Of a DNA stretch of 64,000 bases, positions 17,660-29,500 are shown piece by piece. Both the position numbers and the translations under genes were made by a program. The DNA is taken from assembly GCA_963808235.1 (NCBI GenBank), contig CAWEEQ010000004.1, positions 781,084 through 845,083 on the forward strand. Reading direction: 5' to 3'. This DNA is from an uncultured delta proteobacterium. GTDB lineage: Bacteria > Desulfobacterota > Binatia > Binatales > Binataceae. The notes beneath the pieces were generated by a model that saw only the letters and a list, made by a program, of their open reading frames with translations, ran no database searches and was not told where the DNA came from. Each line of letters opens with the position of its first letter. Within the stretch, counting starts at the first letter, position 1.

Positions 17660-18655
17660 CTATTCTTCCGCCGGAGCATTTGCGAAGAACTGATGCCCGG
17701 TCAGATGCACGAACACGTCTTCGAGGGTGGGTTTGCCGAATGAGACTGATTCGACCTCATCGCCAAATGCGTCGACAAGATCGCGAACCAGTTCGTGCCC
17801 GCGAAGGCGTTCAATCCGAATCGTCCCATCGACCAATTGGCTCTTGAGCTTGAAGCGTTGGAGAATTTTTCGCTGCAGAACTTCAGACGCCTCGGTGCGG
17901 ATCACGATCACGTCGCCGCCGACTTCCGACTTGAGTTCCGCGGGCGGTGCGATTGCGACCAGCTTCCCCTGGTGGAGAATTCCGATTCGATCGCATCGCT
18001 CGGCCTCTTCCATAAAGTGTGTCGTCAGCACCACGGTCACGCCGTCATGCTCGCGCAGGTAGCCGAGGTAATTGAAAAACTCGCGGCGCGCCGCCGGATC
18101 GAGACCGGTGCTCGGCTCATCGAGCAGCAACAGTTCCGGCTCGTGCAGGAGCGCCTTGGCGAGCTCGACGCGCCGCTGAAGTCCGCCCGACAGCGTCTCG
18201 ACCAGGTCGCGTGCGCGTGGTGAGAGCCCGAGCCGCTCGAGCATCGCGGCAGTGCGCTCGCGCAGGCGCTTTCCGGTGATTCCATATAGATGTGCGTGAG
18301 CGGCAAGGTTCTCTGCCACGGTCAGCTTGCCGTCGAGACTCGGATGCTGAAACACGACTCCGAGCTGGCGCCGCACCGAACTCGTTTCACCAGCGAGATC
18401 ATGCCCGAGCATCCGCACGATCCCGGACTGAATCGGCACCAGCGTCGAGAGCAACTTGAAAAGCGTCGTCTTGCCGCCGCCATTCGGACCGAGAAAGCTG
18501 AAAATTTCGCCGCGCGCAACCGTGAAACTTACGTCTGAGAGCGCCGCCCGCTCGCCGTAGCGAAAACCAACCGCGCTCGCGTCGATCGCGGACGAACTGC
18601 CACCTGCGGCGTGTTCAGCAGGTTCTGATCGATTAGAAATTGTCGAGGCGCCCAT
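17660..18655 (-). CDS. ABC transporter ATP-binding protein (DrrA-like)
   Basis: Walker A GPNGGGKTT, signature LSGGLQRR, Walker B LLLLDEP. Confidence 0.9.
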   Translation of the reverse strand: MGASTISNRSEPAEHAAGGSSSAIDASAVGFRYGERAALSDVSFTVARGEIFSFLGPNGGGKTTLFKLLSTLVPIQSGIVRMLGHDLAGETSSVRRQLGVVFQHPSLDGKLTVAENLAAHAHLYGITGKRLRERTAAMLERLGLSPRARDLVETLSGGLQRRVELAKALLHEPELLLLDEPSTGLDPAARREFFNYLGYLREHDGVTVVLTTHFMEEAERCDRIGILHQGKLVAIAPPAELKSEVGGDVIVIRTEASEVLQRKILQRFKLKSQLVDGTIRIERLRGHELVRDLVDAFGDEVESVSFGKPTLEDVFVHLTGHQFFANAPAEE

Positions 18656-18751
18656 GGTCAGAGATTAGGATTGATTATCATCTGCCGGTGCTCCCGCCGC
18701 AAACGGCGAAGCAGTCACCAGCCGTGACAACCAGCCGCCGGAGATAAACCT

Positions 18752-19468
18752 TTACGGCTCGCCGAGTCCGCCCGCCGGCCGCGAGCCTTGCTCGGGCAGC
18801 CCGACTTCTGCGCGGTGCCATCCGTCCTGAAATGCGGTGGTGCGCTCCGCGCCGTTGCCGTGACCGGAGGCATGGCCGACGAAGTCGTCGCCGGTCATCA
18901 GGTAGTAGCGCGTAATTTCGTCCGGATCGAGCCGCCTGATCCCAAGCCGCGCGAGCGAGTAGCCGGAGAACTGATCGGCGGCAAGCTCCTTGTTTTTCAC
19001 CGGGACGTTGTCCTGGCTGGGAGCGAAGTCGTCGTGCGCGAGATGGCCGATTTCGTGCGCGAAGATCGCATACAGCATCGGACGAACCGCGTCCTGATCG
19101 TCGATCCGCATCCACTTTCCCATCAGGCTGTCGAGGAACTCGCGGTTGTAAAAAATGCATCCGCCAGCATGCGCATGAGGCGAGACCGCGCTCACCGATT
19201 CATACAGCGGAAAATTAGTTCCCCACATATCGTTGAGCTGCGCGACGATCGACTTGTAGGGTTCCTGCGCCGGGCGCGCGGGCTCGCCGCATGGCTCGAC
19301 GTTGTTGCCGGCTTTCGCCGCCGGGGCCTCCCTGGTTTCCGCCGGCGCGCTGGTGGTATGCCGCTCGATCACGTGCCAGTCGTCCTGAGCGCGGACCGAT
19401 TCGGGTAATGCGACACTCGCGACAAACGCAAGTGCAAGTAGCGCCGATATGATGTTCGATCTTCTCAA
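18752..19468 (-). CDS. secreted putative zinc metallopeptidase (HExxH)
   Basis: Signal peptide [27 protein letters not shown]; [12 protein letters not shown] motif. The TTG start overlaps the ilvD stop (cattga). Confidence 0.55.
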   Translation of the reverse strand: MRRSNIISALLALAFVASVALPESVRAQDDWHVIERHTTSAPAETREAPAAKAGNNVEPCGEPARPAQEPYKSIVAQLNDMWGTNFPLYESVSAVSPHAHAGGCIFYNREFLDSLMGKWMRIDDQDAVRPMLYAIFAHEIGHLAHDDFAPSQDNVPVKNKELAADQFSGYSLARLGIRRLDPDEITRYYLMTGDDFVGHASGHGNGAERTTAFQDGWHRAEVGLPEQGSRPAGGLGEP

Positions 19469-21153
19469 TGCGTTACGGCGCCGCGTGAGGACGACGATAC
19501 CTGGTGCGCATACTTCGCCATCACGCCGCTCTTGTAGTGTGGCTCGGGTGACTTCCAGTCTTTGAGCCGCGCCTTGATCTCCGCATCGGTGAGTTCAACG
19601 TCGAGGCGGCGCTTCGCTACGTCGAACGTGATCGTGTCACCGTCGCGAAGCGCCGCGATCGGTCCGCCGACGAATGCCTCAGGCGCGATATGTCCCGCCA
19701 TCAGACCGTGCGTCGCGCCTGAAAAACGTCCGTCAGTCATCAGCGCCACCGAGTCGCCAAGTCCCTCTCCCACCAGTGCCGCCGTGACGCCGAGCATTTC
19801 CGGCATCCCGGGCGCGCCCTTGGGACCCTCGTAGCGAATCACCATCACGTCGCCGGCTTTGATCTGCCGCTTCGAGACCGCTCGGAACGCATCGTCTTCC
19901 GAGTTGAACACGCGTGCGGGCCCCCGGTGCTTCATCAGCTCGTGCCCGGCGACTTTGACCACGCATCCTTCCGGCGCAAGGTTGCCTTTCAGAATCACCA
20001 GCCCGCCGGTTTCTTTCAGGGGATTCTTGAGCGCGCGGACGACCTCTTGTCCCGCCGTTTCGCGCGCGGCGTCGGCCTCTACGCCGATCGTCTTGCCGGT
20101 GACTGTCATTTCGTTTTGATGCAGCAAACCGGCTTCCTTCAGCCGTTTCGCGACGAGCGGAATTCCACCCGCCTTGTACATGTCGGTGGCCATGAAGCGG
20201 CCGCCCGGCTTCAGGTCGGCGAGCAGCGGAGTGCGCGAGCTGATGCGATCGAAATCGTCGATATCCAGCGCGATTCCCGCTTCCGTCGCAATCGCGAGAA
20301 GGTGCAGCACCGCATTGGTCGAGCCGCCGGTCATCGCGACCGCCGCGATCGCATTCTCAATCGCCTTCTTGGTGATTATCTGGCTCGGCCGCAAGTTCCT
20401 CTTCAGCAAATCGACCGCGAGTCGCCCGGCATCGAACGCGCTCTCAGGCTTTTTCGGATCGGTCGCCGGGATACTGTTCGACCCCATCGGTGAGATGCCG
20501 AGAAGTTCAGTCGCAGTCGCCATCGTGTTGGCCGTGAACTGGCCGCCGCATGCGCCAACTCCCGGACACGCAACGTCTTCGAGGCGCTTCAGATCCTCGA
20601 GCTTCATCTTGCCGGCCGAATGCGCGCCGACCGCCTCGAACACATCCTGAATCGAAACGTCCTGATCGCCGAAGCGTCCCGGCTGAATCGATCCGCCGTA
20701 GATCATCAGCGAGGGCAGGTCGAGTCGGAGCAGTGCCATCACCGTCGCGGGGATTGTTTTGTCGCACCCCGACATCGCAACGACGCCGTCGAACAGATGC
20801 CCTCGCACAGTGAGTTCGATCGAGTCCGCGATTACCTCGCGGCTGATCAGCGACGCACGCATTCCATGGGTGCCCATCGAGATTCCGTCGCAAACCGCAA
20901 TCGTGTTGAACTCTATCGGCGTCGCGCCGGCGTCGCGAATTCCGCGTTTCACGTGCTCGGCCAAATCGCGCAGATGCGCGGTGCATGGCATGATCTCGAT
21001 CCACGTATGGGCGACGCCTATGAGCGGCTTGCTCAAGTCCTCGTCGGTGAAGCCGACCGCTTTGAACATCGCTCGCGCAGGCGCCCGCGAGGGTCCATCG
21101 ACCAGGATGCTGCTATTTGATCTCAGCGAATGGTTGTTGTCGTGGTCTGCCAT
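19465..21153 (-). CDS. ilvD: dihydroxy-acid dehydratase (IlvD/Edd family)
   Basis: [14 protein letters not shown]...[11 protein letters not shown]...MSGCDKTIP...TDGRFSG. The start is set at the MADHDNN Met (21153, AAGGA upstream); the ORF is open to 21279. Confidence 0.88.
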   Translation of the reverse strand: MADHDNNHSLRSNSSILVDGPSRAPARAMFKAVGFTDEDLSKPLIGVAHTWIEIMPCTAHLRDLAEHVKRGIRDAGATPIEFNTIAVCDGISMGTHGMRASLISREVIADSIELTVRGHLFDGVVAMSGCDKTIPATVMALLRLDLPSLMIYGGSIQPGRFGDQDVSIQDVFEAVGAHSAGKMKLEDLKRLEDVACPGVGACGGQFTANTMATATELLGISPMGSNSIPATDPKKPESAFDAGRLAVDLLKRNLRPSQIITKKAIENAIAAVAMTGGSTNAVLHLLAIATEAGIALDIDDFDRISSRTPLLADLKPGGRFMATDMYKAGGIPLVAKRLKEAGLLHQNEMTVTGKTIGVEADAARETAGQEVVRALKNPLKETGGLVILKGNLAPEGCVVKVAGHELMKHRGPARVFNSEDDAFRAVSKRQIKAGDVMVIRYEGPKGAPGMPEMLGVTAALVGEGLGDSVALMTDGRFSGATHGLMAGHIAPEAFVGGPIAALRDGDTITFDVAKRRLDVELTDAEIKARLKDWKSPEPHYKSGVMAKYAHQVSSSSRGAVTH

Positions 21154-21224
21154 CCTTGCATTTGTATAACAGCGCGCGCTTTCGCGAAATCCCGGCAGAG
21201 GCCAGCCCCTGTCGCGCTTGCCGA

Positions 21225-21698
21225 TCAGCCCTTTGCGGCGAGGTTGTTGCGCAGTCGCGCCTTGCTCTCCGGCGACCACACCTTATCGATGCTATAAGCG
21301 GTTTCGAACGCGCGCGCTCCCTCTGGGAGCCGCAGCCAGGGCACTTTGCTGCGGGTGAAGATGTGCACGTCGGGAGTGACGGCGTCGGGCGTGTCGAGTG
21401 TCCCAGCGCGAACGAAAAGCGCATCGCCGGGCGCGACGTGATAGCGGCTCCATACGTAGGTGCCGCAGTTGTCGCAGAAGAACACCTCGTGATCCTTTCC
21501 GGTGCCGCCCTTGAGCGTGAACGACTTCGGAGTCGCGCCCGTTCTTTCCACGAACTTGCTCTCGATCCATATGTTGATCACAAAGCCGCTGCCGGTAACA
21601 CGCTGACAATCACGGCAGTGACAGGCGTGCACAATCAGCGGGCTCGAGGTCAATTTGTATCGGATCGATCCGCAAGAACATCCACCTTCCAGATTCAT
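21225..21698 (-). CDS. GFA-family (CENP-V/glutathione-dependent formaldehyde-activating) protein
   Basis: CSCGSIRY...[14 protein letters not shown]...FCDNCGT zinc-binding Cys pattern. Confidence 0.82.
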   Translation of the reverse strand: MNLEGGCSCGSIRYKLTSSPLIVHACHCRDCQRVTGSGFVINIWIESKFVERTGATPKSFTLKGGTGKDHEVFFCDNCGTYVWSRYHVAPGDALFVRAGTLDTPDAVTPDVHIFTRSKVPWLRLPEGARAFETAYSIDKVWSPESKARLRNNLAAKG

Positions 21699-21770
21699 AA
21701 GAAATCTCCGTATGAGGAAAAAGATTGCCCCGATCGGATGCGCACCGATCGGGGCAGCGCCGTGCGTTAG

Positions 21771-22133
21771 CTATTCTTCCTGATGGCAGACGGCCTCGAT
21801 GTTGTTGCCGTCGGGATCCTTCACGAAACCGCCGTAGTAGTTGGCGTGATACTGGGGCCTGAGGCCGGGCTCTCCATTGTCCTTGCCGCCGGCGGGCAGA
21901 GCCGCGCCATAGAATTTCCTGACACTGGCCCGGTCTTTCGCCGTGAATGCGACATGCACGGATCCCTTTGACTCACCCTTGCTCAGCCATAGGGCAGGTG
22001 CGTCTTTGGGTCCGAAGCCGACCACGCCGTCGTCCTCGTACTGGACGCTGAAGCCCAGGGGAGCCAAAGCGGCCGTGTAGAAACGCTTGCTCGCATTGAT
22101 GTCCTTCACCTTCAACATGATGTGATCAAACAT
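21771..22133 (-). CDS. VOC-family (glyoxalase/bleomycin-resistance fold) protein
   Basis: 120 aa; MFDHIMLKVKDINASKRFY...VHVAF...DPDGNNIEAV. Confidence 0.8.
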   Translation of the reverse strand: MFDHIMLKVKDINASKRFYTAALAPLGFSVQYEDDGVVGFGPKDAPALWLSKGESKGSVHVAFTAKDRASVRKFYGAALPAGGKDNGEPGLRPQYHANYYGGFVKDPDGNNIEAVCHQEE

Positions 22134-22181
22134 AACTCTCTCCTTCTCCTTGAATTTTTCGTTCGCAGATCGTTTCTGGTT

Positions 22182-22436
22182 TCAGTGCTGTCCGCGCCAT
22201 GCAGGCATGTCAGCCAGCAGATCGCGCGCGAGACGCTTCGCCGCTTCCGGCGTCACTCCCTGGCTCTGCTCGTAGATGCGCGCGTTGCAGTCGAGCACCT
22301 GCTCGTATGGCAGCAGCTCGCCCCGCGCATCGGTGCAGTAGCTGCAGTAGGGACGGGTCACGTCACCGAGCGCGAAGTCCTCGGGCTTCTCCATAGGCAT
22401 TCCACATGAACCACACGAGATACATTTTTCGGCCAT
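22182..22436 (-). CDS. zinc-ribbon domain protein
   Basis: 84 aa; CISCGSCGMP...YCSYCTD. Confidence 0.6.
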   Translation of the reverse strand: MAEKCISCGSCGMPMEKPEDFALGDVTRPYCSYCTDARGELLPYEQVLDCNARIYEQSQGVTPEAAKRLARDLLADMPAWRGQH

Positions 22437-22451
22437 ATCGTTGCCTCCTTT

Positions 22452-23039
22452 TCAGGGTTTCACCAGCGTCATAAAATGCTGCACCAGAGCCTCTCCATGT
22501 TCCGCGATCACCGAGCCTCCGTTCGCGAACATGTCTCGATTCACCAGGTAATGATGGACCAGGCCGATCCACGTGTTGAACAGCAGCGGCCGCTCAATCT
22601 TGCGCGCGCGGCCGAGTTTGCGTTCCCGCTCCAGCGCCATAAAGAGCCGTTGCGAAATGGCCGCATGAAGCATCAGCAAGGTGCTGCGCACCTTTGGCGG
22701 CAGCATCGGCGCTTCGATCACCAGGCGCGAGTAGAAGGGCTCGAACTCGGCGAGCACCTTAAGATGCGCTCGCAGCACCGCCCGCAGTCCAAGATCCTTT
22801 TCGAGGACCTGGCGAAACTCGACTTGCAGCCGGCGCCCGAACTCGTCGATCACGGCGATCACCAGGTCGTCGCGCTTGGGGAAATGAACGAACACGTTGC
22901 CGTGCGACATGCGGATCGACCTGGCGATGTCGGCGGTGGTGGTCTCGGCGATTCCGTTGCGCGCAAATAGCGCCATCGCCGCGTTGACCAGCCGTCCTCG
23001 GGTCGCAACCTTCTGTTCTTGCCGGGTCGCCGCCTGCAT
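22452..23039 (-). CDS. TetR/AcrR-family transcriptional regulator
   Basis: N-terminal HTH RLVNAAMALFARNGIAETTTADIARSIRMSHGNVFVHFPKRDDLV. Confidence 0.88.
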   Translation of the reverse strand: MQAATRQEQKVATRGRLVNAAMALFARNGIAETTTADIARSIRMSHGNVFVHFPKRDDLVIAVIDEFGRRLQVEFRQVLEKDLGLRAVLRAHLKVLAEFEPFYSRLVIEAPMLPPKVRSTLLMLHAAISQRLFMALERERKLGRARKIERPLLFNTWIGLVHHYLVNRDMFANGGSVIAEHGEALVQHFMTLVKP

Positions 23040-23200
23040 CTTCCTTCCCCGGAATAACTGAGTGAAGACTCAGTGAGTCCATACTCACCATACGAGCCGG
23101 GCGCTTCTATGTCAAGGGGTCAAACGCCGCCATCCTTTGAGCATTCAGATGATGCTGTTAGAATCTGCCCGACTCGAATGATTTGCTGTCGCAGAACGGC

Positions 23201-23277
23201 GCCCCCTTAGCTCAGATGGATAGAGCACAGGATTCCTAATCCTGGGGCCGTGGGTTCGAATCCCGCAGGGGGCACCA
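23201..23277 (+). tRNA. tRNA-Arg (anticodon CCT)
   Basis: Hand fold: acceptor GCCCCCT/AGGGGGC, D stem GCTC/GAGC, anticodon stem CAGGA/TCCTG with loop TTCCTAA, T stem GTGGG/CCCGC with loop TTCGAAT, discriminator A, encoded CCA; 77 nt. Confidence 0.92.
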
Positions 23278-23304
23278 GGTTTTTCGCGACAGCAGGCAGC
23301 GGCG

Positions 23305-23757
23305 TTAAACAGACCCCGCCGGCGCAACCGTTCCGCGTATTACCAGCACCGGGCAGGCAGCTTCCCGAATGACATGCTCAGTGACGCTTCCCAGAACGAA
23401 ATGTCCGAGGCCCTTGCGCCCATGCGTAGCCATCACGATCAAGTCCACGCCGAGCTCCTGAGCAGCCCGCACGATATCAGTATCAGGCACGCCCGTTCTG
23501 ACATCGATCACATATTTCACAGCGGCCTTCACGGTCTTTCGGACTATTCGCGCGAGCCTCGCTTTCGCTTCCTTCTCCCACCGTGGCTCGGCGTCAAATG
23601 GTAGTGGCACGTCCATATCCTGGGTAGGCACTCTGGCAATGTGCAGTATGTAGAGAGTGGCATTGCTTTCTTTTGCGAGCGAGGTCGCCAAAGACAACGC
23701 AACGGTCGTATTTTCATCGAATTCGAAGGCACATAATATCTTGCTGTAATTCAGCAT
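23305..23757 (-). CDS. universal stress protein (UspA family)
   Basis: 150 aa; ILCAFEF...LYILHI...DLIVMATHGRKGLGHFVLGSVTEHVIREAACPVLVI. Confidence 0.88.
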   Translation of the reverse strand: MLNYSKILCAFEFDENTTVALSLATSLAKESNATLYILHIARVPTQDMDVPLPFDAEPRWEKEAKARLARIVRKTVKAAVKYVIDVRTGVPDTDIVRAAQELGVDLIVMATHGRKGLGHFVLGSVTEHVIREAACPVLVIRGTVAPAGSV

Positions 23758-23792
23758 AGGTTCGGATTCGCCATTCCGGGCGGAAGCCGCCG

Positions 23793-25325
23793 CTAGAATT
23801 CCGCGAGCGATCGACCGGCCGCTCTATCGACCGCTGCCTTGGTCATGGAAAATCCGTAGAGGGCATCGGCGTACGCAGCATCGTCAAAAGTGTAGCTGCG
23901 CTGCGCATCTTCCAGTTCGATAATGCTTGTCAGGCCTGCTTCATAGCGCTTCTCCGCGAGTTCCAGTTCCGCATGTGAAGCAGCAAGCGTCCTTTCCGCG
24001 CGGGAGATGCGCTGAAGAGAAGCCTGCCAATTGAGAAACGCAGTACGGACCTGCAAGTTTATTTCTTGCCGCAGATCTTCGATCGCGCGCAGGATCGCGT
24101 GTTGCCGAAACCTCGTCTCCGCAATCTGGTCGGTAGTTAGAAAGCTGTTGAAGATTGGCCATGTGATCACGATCCCGACATTGAAATTATTCGCGGCAGG
24201 AGTTCCGGTCCCGAGCGCTGAGTAACCGCCCACCGCACTGGCGGTGGGATAGTAGTCACTCTGATACTCGACGATTTTCGCACCCATGGCTTTCGCCTGA
24301 TCCTGCAGCGCCTTCAAATCCGGTCTGGTTCGAAAAGCCGCGTCAAGCAACCCATTTAATGAGTCGTTGATCGGATGGTAGGTCAGGATGTCTGCTGGTT
24401 CAAACGCGGGTGCCGAGTCACTGAGACCCAGAGCATTGTCCAGCGCAACCTTTGCGTCTTCGTCATCATTACGGGCGTCGACGAGATGCAATTGAGCTCG
24501 CTCAACTTCGGCTTGCGTAACATAAGTATCGAGCTGTGGGCGCAGACCGGCGTTAGCCTTAACCTGAGCCTCGTGCAGATGATATTGACGCTGCTCCAGT
24601 GCCTTCTCGTAAACCTCGATCAGTCGTTTCGCTTGCAGCAACGCGAAGTATCGTTGCGAGACCTCGAAGATCAAATCAAGCTCAGTGAGCTGCTGATCGG
24701 CAGCCACGGCAGCAGCTTCAAACTGTCGCTCCGAAACAAATCCATGTCGGCGGCCGAAATCGACAAGAAACTGGGAGAGGCTCACGCCTCCCATGTAGTT
24801 ATTGCTGGTGTCCCAACCTTGCGAAGTATCATTCGCCGGGAGGTTGTGATTGGTTCCACTTATTCGCGGAAACGCTCCGTCCGGATTGTAGTAGCTCGCA
24901 TTGCCGATGCCATTGTCGGTGCTGCGCAAATATTGCGCGGCACCAAATAGTTGCGGACCCAGGTACGATCGCGCCTGGCCGATTTGCTCCTGAGCGGCGC
25001 TGGTGTTGTCCGCCGCTTCCTGGAGTCTCGGGTGATATTTCAGAGCGATCGCGATTGCTTCCTTGAGTGTCAATTGCGAGCCCGGCAGAATTGGTCCGGC
25101 GCTTGAGCCGGTCGGCTCGGATCGGGCCGTTTGGCTGGAAGTTGACGAGTTGATAGTTGACGCCGTCCCTAGCGACCAGCTGGTTCCTGGCCCCGGCGTT
25201 CCCGTAGCCGACGCCGCAGTTTGCGTTTCACCGAGTAGTACCTCCGCGGGGCCCGCGGCGTTAGCGACGCCATGAGCTGAGAGAAGGAGGTATGCGACAA
25301 GAAGCAGGATTCGCGAAGATTCCAT
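23793..25325 (-). CDS. TolC-family outer-membrane efflux protein
   Basis: 510 aa; signal peptide; LTLKEAIAIALKYHPRL start and two coiled-coil/beta-barrel repeats typical of OEP proteins. Confidence 0.85.
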   Translation of the reverse strand: MESSRILLLVAYLLLSAHGVANAAGPAEVLLGETQTAASATGTPGPGTSWSLGTASTINSSTSSQTARSEPTGSSAGPILPGSQLTLKEAIAIALKYHPRLQEAADNTSAAQEQIGQARSYLGPQLFGAAQYLRSTDNGIGNASYYNPDGAFPRISGTNHNLPANDTSQGWDTSNNYMGGVSLSQFLVDFGRRHGFVSERQFEAAAVAADQQLTELDLIFEVSQRYFALLQAKRLIEVYEKALEQRQYHLHEAQVKANAGLRPQLDTYVTQAEVERAQLHLVDARNDDEDAKVALDNALGLSDSAPAFEPADILTYHPINDSLNGLLDAAFRTRPDLKALQDQAKAMGAKIVEYQSDYYPTASAVGGYSALGTGTPAANNFNVGIVITWPIFNSFLTTDQIAETRFRQHAILRAIEDLRQEINLQVRTAFLNWQASLQRISRAERTLAASHAELELAEKRYEAGLTSIIELEDAQRSYTFDDAAYADALYGFSMTKAAVDRAAGRSLAEF

Positions 25326-25385
25326 TGTTAGCTCACCCGCCTGTTCGGCGATCTATTTCGTGTTGACCCCCTTGGCTAGTTCAGA

Positions 25386-26594
25386 TCAGTCGGAGCTTTG
25401 AACTGGCGCCGACTTAGTCTGCACATCCCGGTTCTCTATCCTACAATCAACTGGGACTCCCGGAGTGAGAGTGCTGCTATAGGTCGTCACTACCAGCGAC
25501 TTCGCCGACACCCCCGAGGTTACCTCTACATAAGCGCCGTTGTTGATCCCCGTTTTAGCCGGAACTTCGGCAAGACGGCCGTTGTCTACAATCAATAGGC
25601 GCGCTGAGCCTCCCGATCCCTGAATCGCTGAGGCCGGTACACTCAGAGCGTCAGGATGCCGGATCAGTTCGATGCTGACGTGCGCATAGCTTCTCGGATA
25701 GATCAGGCGGTTCGGATTATCTATGTCGACCTCAGTCAGCATTGTGCGAGTTGCGAGATCGAGCGACGACGCATACCTGGCGACGATGCCATTGAAGACT
25801 CGGCCAGGAAATTCGTCGAAGTGCAGCATCGCCGGGGTGCCACGATGGATGAACGGATATGAAGCCTCCGGAACGTAGATATAGACTCGTAATTTATCTA
25901 TGTCGGCGAGCGTCAGGATCGGGCCGCCACCCTCGCGATGCCCTCCGGCGCCCTCAGTAGCTCCTGGGGAAATCAACCCCGAGGTTTCGTCAACTCCAAG
26001 GTCACCGCCGCCGGCGCGGATCAGAGCCCCGGGATCGGCGAATCGCCCAGTGATTACTCCATCGAAGGGCGCGATGATTTTTGTATATGAGAACATAGTC
26101 TGCAGGGTTGCAACCGCGGCTTGAGCCTCACGATACTTGGCATAAGCCATGTCGACGTCTTGCTGCGATATCAGCCGTGAGTCACTCTGCTGGACCTTCT
26201 TCAAACGATCATAAGTTATGCGCTCGATTTCGAGGCTAGCCTGCGAGCGCGTTAGGTTCGATTGCAGTTCCGGTACTTCGATTTCGGCCAGCACCTGACC
26301 GGTCTTGACCGAGTCGCCCTTGTCCACGCTGATACTCTTCAAGTATCCGGTGACTTTCGAATGAAGAGCAGCCTCGTAGAAGCCCACAACGTCGCCTGGG
26401 AGTTCGATACTTTTGTCTATTTCTCCACGGCGTGGATATACAACGTTCACTATCGGTCGTTGAGTCGTAGTCATGGGCGTGACAGGCGTGTCGCAGCCGC
26501 TCGTGCATAAAACGACGATCGATAAGATAGTCGTTACTGCCCAGCCTAAACCCCTCACTGTCGTTTGCTCCCCGGGAACTAGTAGCATGGACAT
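25386..26594 (-). CDS. efflux RND periplasmic adaptor (membrane fusion protein)
   Basis: 402 aa; lipobox LCTSGC; biotinyl-lipoyl-like GDSVKTGQVLAEIEVPEL plus hairpin and beta-barrel segments. The ATG shares one base with the RND stop (ctgATG). Confidence 0.85.
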   Translation of the reverse strand: MSMLLVPGEQTTVRGLGWAVTTILSIVVLCTSGCDTPVTPMTTTQRPIVNVVYPRRGEIDKSIELPGDVVGFYEAALHSKVTGYLKSISVDKGDSVKTGQVLAEIEVPELQSNLTRSQASLEIERITYDRLKKVQQSDSRLISQQDVDMAYAKYREAQAAVATLQTMFSYTKIIAPFDGVITGRFADPGALIRAGGGDLGVDETSGLISPGATEGAGGHREGGGPILTLADIDKLRVYIYVPEASYPFIHRGTPAMLHFDEFPGRVFNGIVARYASSLDLATRTMLTEVDIDNPNRLIYPRSYAHVSIELIRHPDALSVPASAIQGSGGSARLLIVDNGRLAEVPAKTGINNGAYVEVTSGVSAKSLVVTTYSSTLTPGVPVDCRIENRDVQTKSAPVQSSD

Positions 26595-29500
26595 CAGCCT
26601 CGGTCCTCATTCGGCGTCTGCACGGCCGCTGCCCGTTCGATCCGCCGATAGAAGAACTCGTAAATGCAAGGGACGAGAAACAATGTAAGTACGGTGGACA
26701 CCGCAAGACCGCCCACCGCGGCCCTTGCCAGGGGAGCCGAAGCTTCTGATCCCTCGCCGAGCTTCAACGCGATCGGCATAAGACCAGCCACCGTGGCCAA
26801 GGCGGTCATCAGGATTGGCCGCATTCTTATGCGGGCGGAATCGATCGCCGCGCGTCTTAGCTCATGTCCCTGGCGGCGTCGTTCATTGGCGAAGTCGACG
26901 AGCAAAATCGAATTCGACACAACGATACCGACCATCACGATGATCCCCATGAACGATTCTATGTTGAGTGTGGTTCCTGTCGCCCACAACGTCCAGATGA
27001 CGCCTATCAATCCCATCGGGACCGCGAACATGATGATGAAGGGGTCCAGGAAAGACCGAAATTGAGCCACCATCACCAGGTAAAGTAGAACGACCGCCAG
27101 CGAGAGACCGAAGCCGAAGCTCGAGAAAGATTTCTGCATCGAGCTTACGGCGCCGCGGTACCTGACGGAGACGCCCGGAGGGAGAGTCATCTTGCTCACC
27201 TCGCGCTGGATTTTCTCCTGCGTGCCACCCAGATCCTGGGTGCTGGGTGCGACGAGCAGATCGACAATCCGCTGAATGCTGTAATGATCTGCTTCGGAAG
27301 GGTGGGATTCGGGAGCAATAGACGCCACATCACGCAGCAAAAGGCTCTGCGCGTGTCCCGTTTCCTTGTTCACAGTCTCGATAGGGATGTTTTGCAGCAC
27401 CTCCAGAGAATCAAAGCCATTCTGGGCGCCTAGGTACTGCACCGTCAGAAAGTAGTCGTCCTTGTTTGCGCGATCGATCCAGATCGATGGTTTAATGTAC
27501 AGGTTTGAATCGAGCGCGGTGATGACGTTCTGAATGACTTCCTGCTGCGCTACGCCCAAACGCGCCGCTCTCACGCGGTCGACCTTGATGTTTAGTGTCG
27601 GATAGTCCAATTCCTGGGCGATGAAGCTCTGCGAAACTTGAGAGAGGGCGTTGATTCTCGCTTGAAGTTCCTTCGCCGCATTATGCAACTCGGTAAAGCT
27701 ACTACCGGCAAATTCGACATCGATGGGAGCTATCTTCCCGAGATTGAGAACGGAGTCGATTATGCTGCCTGAGGAAAACAGGGTACGGGCGTTCGGCAGT
27801 TGTATAGGGAGCAGTTGCTTCAACCGGGCTACATAGTATTGGGTCGGATGTCGGTGACCGGACTTGAGCGCCACCTGCATGAAACCTGAATCCTGGGCCG
27901 AGTTAGGCGAGTAAATCGCCGATATGCTGGGGGCAATTCCGATATTCGAAACGACCATGTCGAGCTCGTCCGGCGGAATCACCTTTCTGACAAGGTCTTC
28001 GATTCGACGCGCCATATCGGTGGTCAGTTCAATACGAGTACCGGCTGGCGCGCGAAAATTGATCGTGAACATTCCCGCATCGGTCTCCGGAAACAACTCG
28101 GTACCGAGACGTGGATACATCGCGAGACTTACGACGAACAGAATCGTAACCCCCACGATGACCACAGACTTGTGGTCCAGCGCATTTTCAAGAAGACGCT
28201 CGTAAGCGGAGGCAAAGCGCTCATACGCGCGATTGAAGATCGCGAACACCCCGGAAGATTCGCCGTGCTCCGCCGCGAGCGCCTGTTCGCGGGTGAGAAA
28301 ACGAGCACAGTAGATCGGTATTACGCTCATCGCGACCAGATACGACGCGGCCATCGATAGCACCACCGCCAGCGCCAGCGCACTAAACAGGTACTTCGAG
28401 ACTCCAAACAGAAACATGACCGGGAAGAAGACGATGCAGGTGGTAACGGTCGACGCCAGAACCGGTAGCGCGACCTCCTCGGCCCCATCACGTGCTGCAG
28501 CGTGCGGTTCCTTGCCTTCGGCAAGATGACGGTTGATGTTCTCGAGGACAACCACCGAGTCATCGACTAGTCGGCCGATCGCAAGCGCGAAGCCTCCAAG
28601 GGTCATGATGTTCAGCGTCGAGCCATTGAAGTATAGACCGAATGCCCCTGCCAGAATGGAAAGTGGAATCGAAAGAAAAATCGCAAAGGTCGATCGGAAG
28701 CTGCCGAGAAATATAAGAATCATGAGCGAGGCCAGAACTGCACCGGATATGGCCTCATGTTCGAGACTATCTACCGCCTGTCTGACGTAGATGGACTGGT
28801 CTAGTATGGTCTTCAGTTTCATCCCGGCTGGCAGGCCGAAAACGTTTGGAATCAGTTGCTTGACGCCATCCACCACCGAAATGGTATTGGCGCCGGCTTG
28901 GCGAAGAACCGGGATGTATACCGACGGTTGCCCGTTAATCAGCACCGTATTGTATTGAATCTGAGCAGAGTCTGTGACCTTACCGACATCATCCATCAGC
29001 ACGGGGGCCTGACCACGTCCTATCTTCACTGGCACCTGGTTAATATCGGGCACCTTTTCGATCAAGCTGTTCGAATAGATGTAGTAATCCTTGGATCCGA
29101 TCTTGACGTCGCCTGCGGGCAAGATGACGTTGGACGTGTCGAGCGCACTGACAACGTCCATTAGCGACAGGCCACGCGCTTGCAGCGCTTGCGGATTTGC
29201 GTATGCCATCACCTGTCGAAACTTGCCGCCGAAGGGAATCGGTACCGACGCGCCCGGCACCGTCGCCAGCTGATTGCGAACGTTGTAGCGGGCTTGATCC
29301 TCGAGTTGCGTCTCGTTGTAACCTTTACCTCCGAGCGTGACCAACACCACCGGCAGAGATGATGCGTCGTACTGCAGCACCAGCGGCGGGAGCGTCCCCG
29401 GCGGCAGAACCCCGAGATCGGCCTCCGCCAAGGTTCCCATCTGCGCGGCGGCAGCCGCAACGTCGGTGCCCGGCTGAAAGAACACTTTGATGATGCTCAC

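Noticed and set aside
23145-23327. 60-aa minus-strand ORF overlapping tRNA-Arg(CCT)
   Set aside because: It is an antisense reading of the tRNA gene (GIRTHGPRIRNPVLYPSELR is a typical tRNA shadow) and not a gene.
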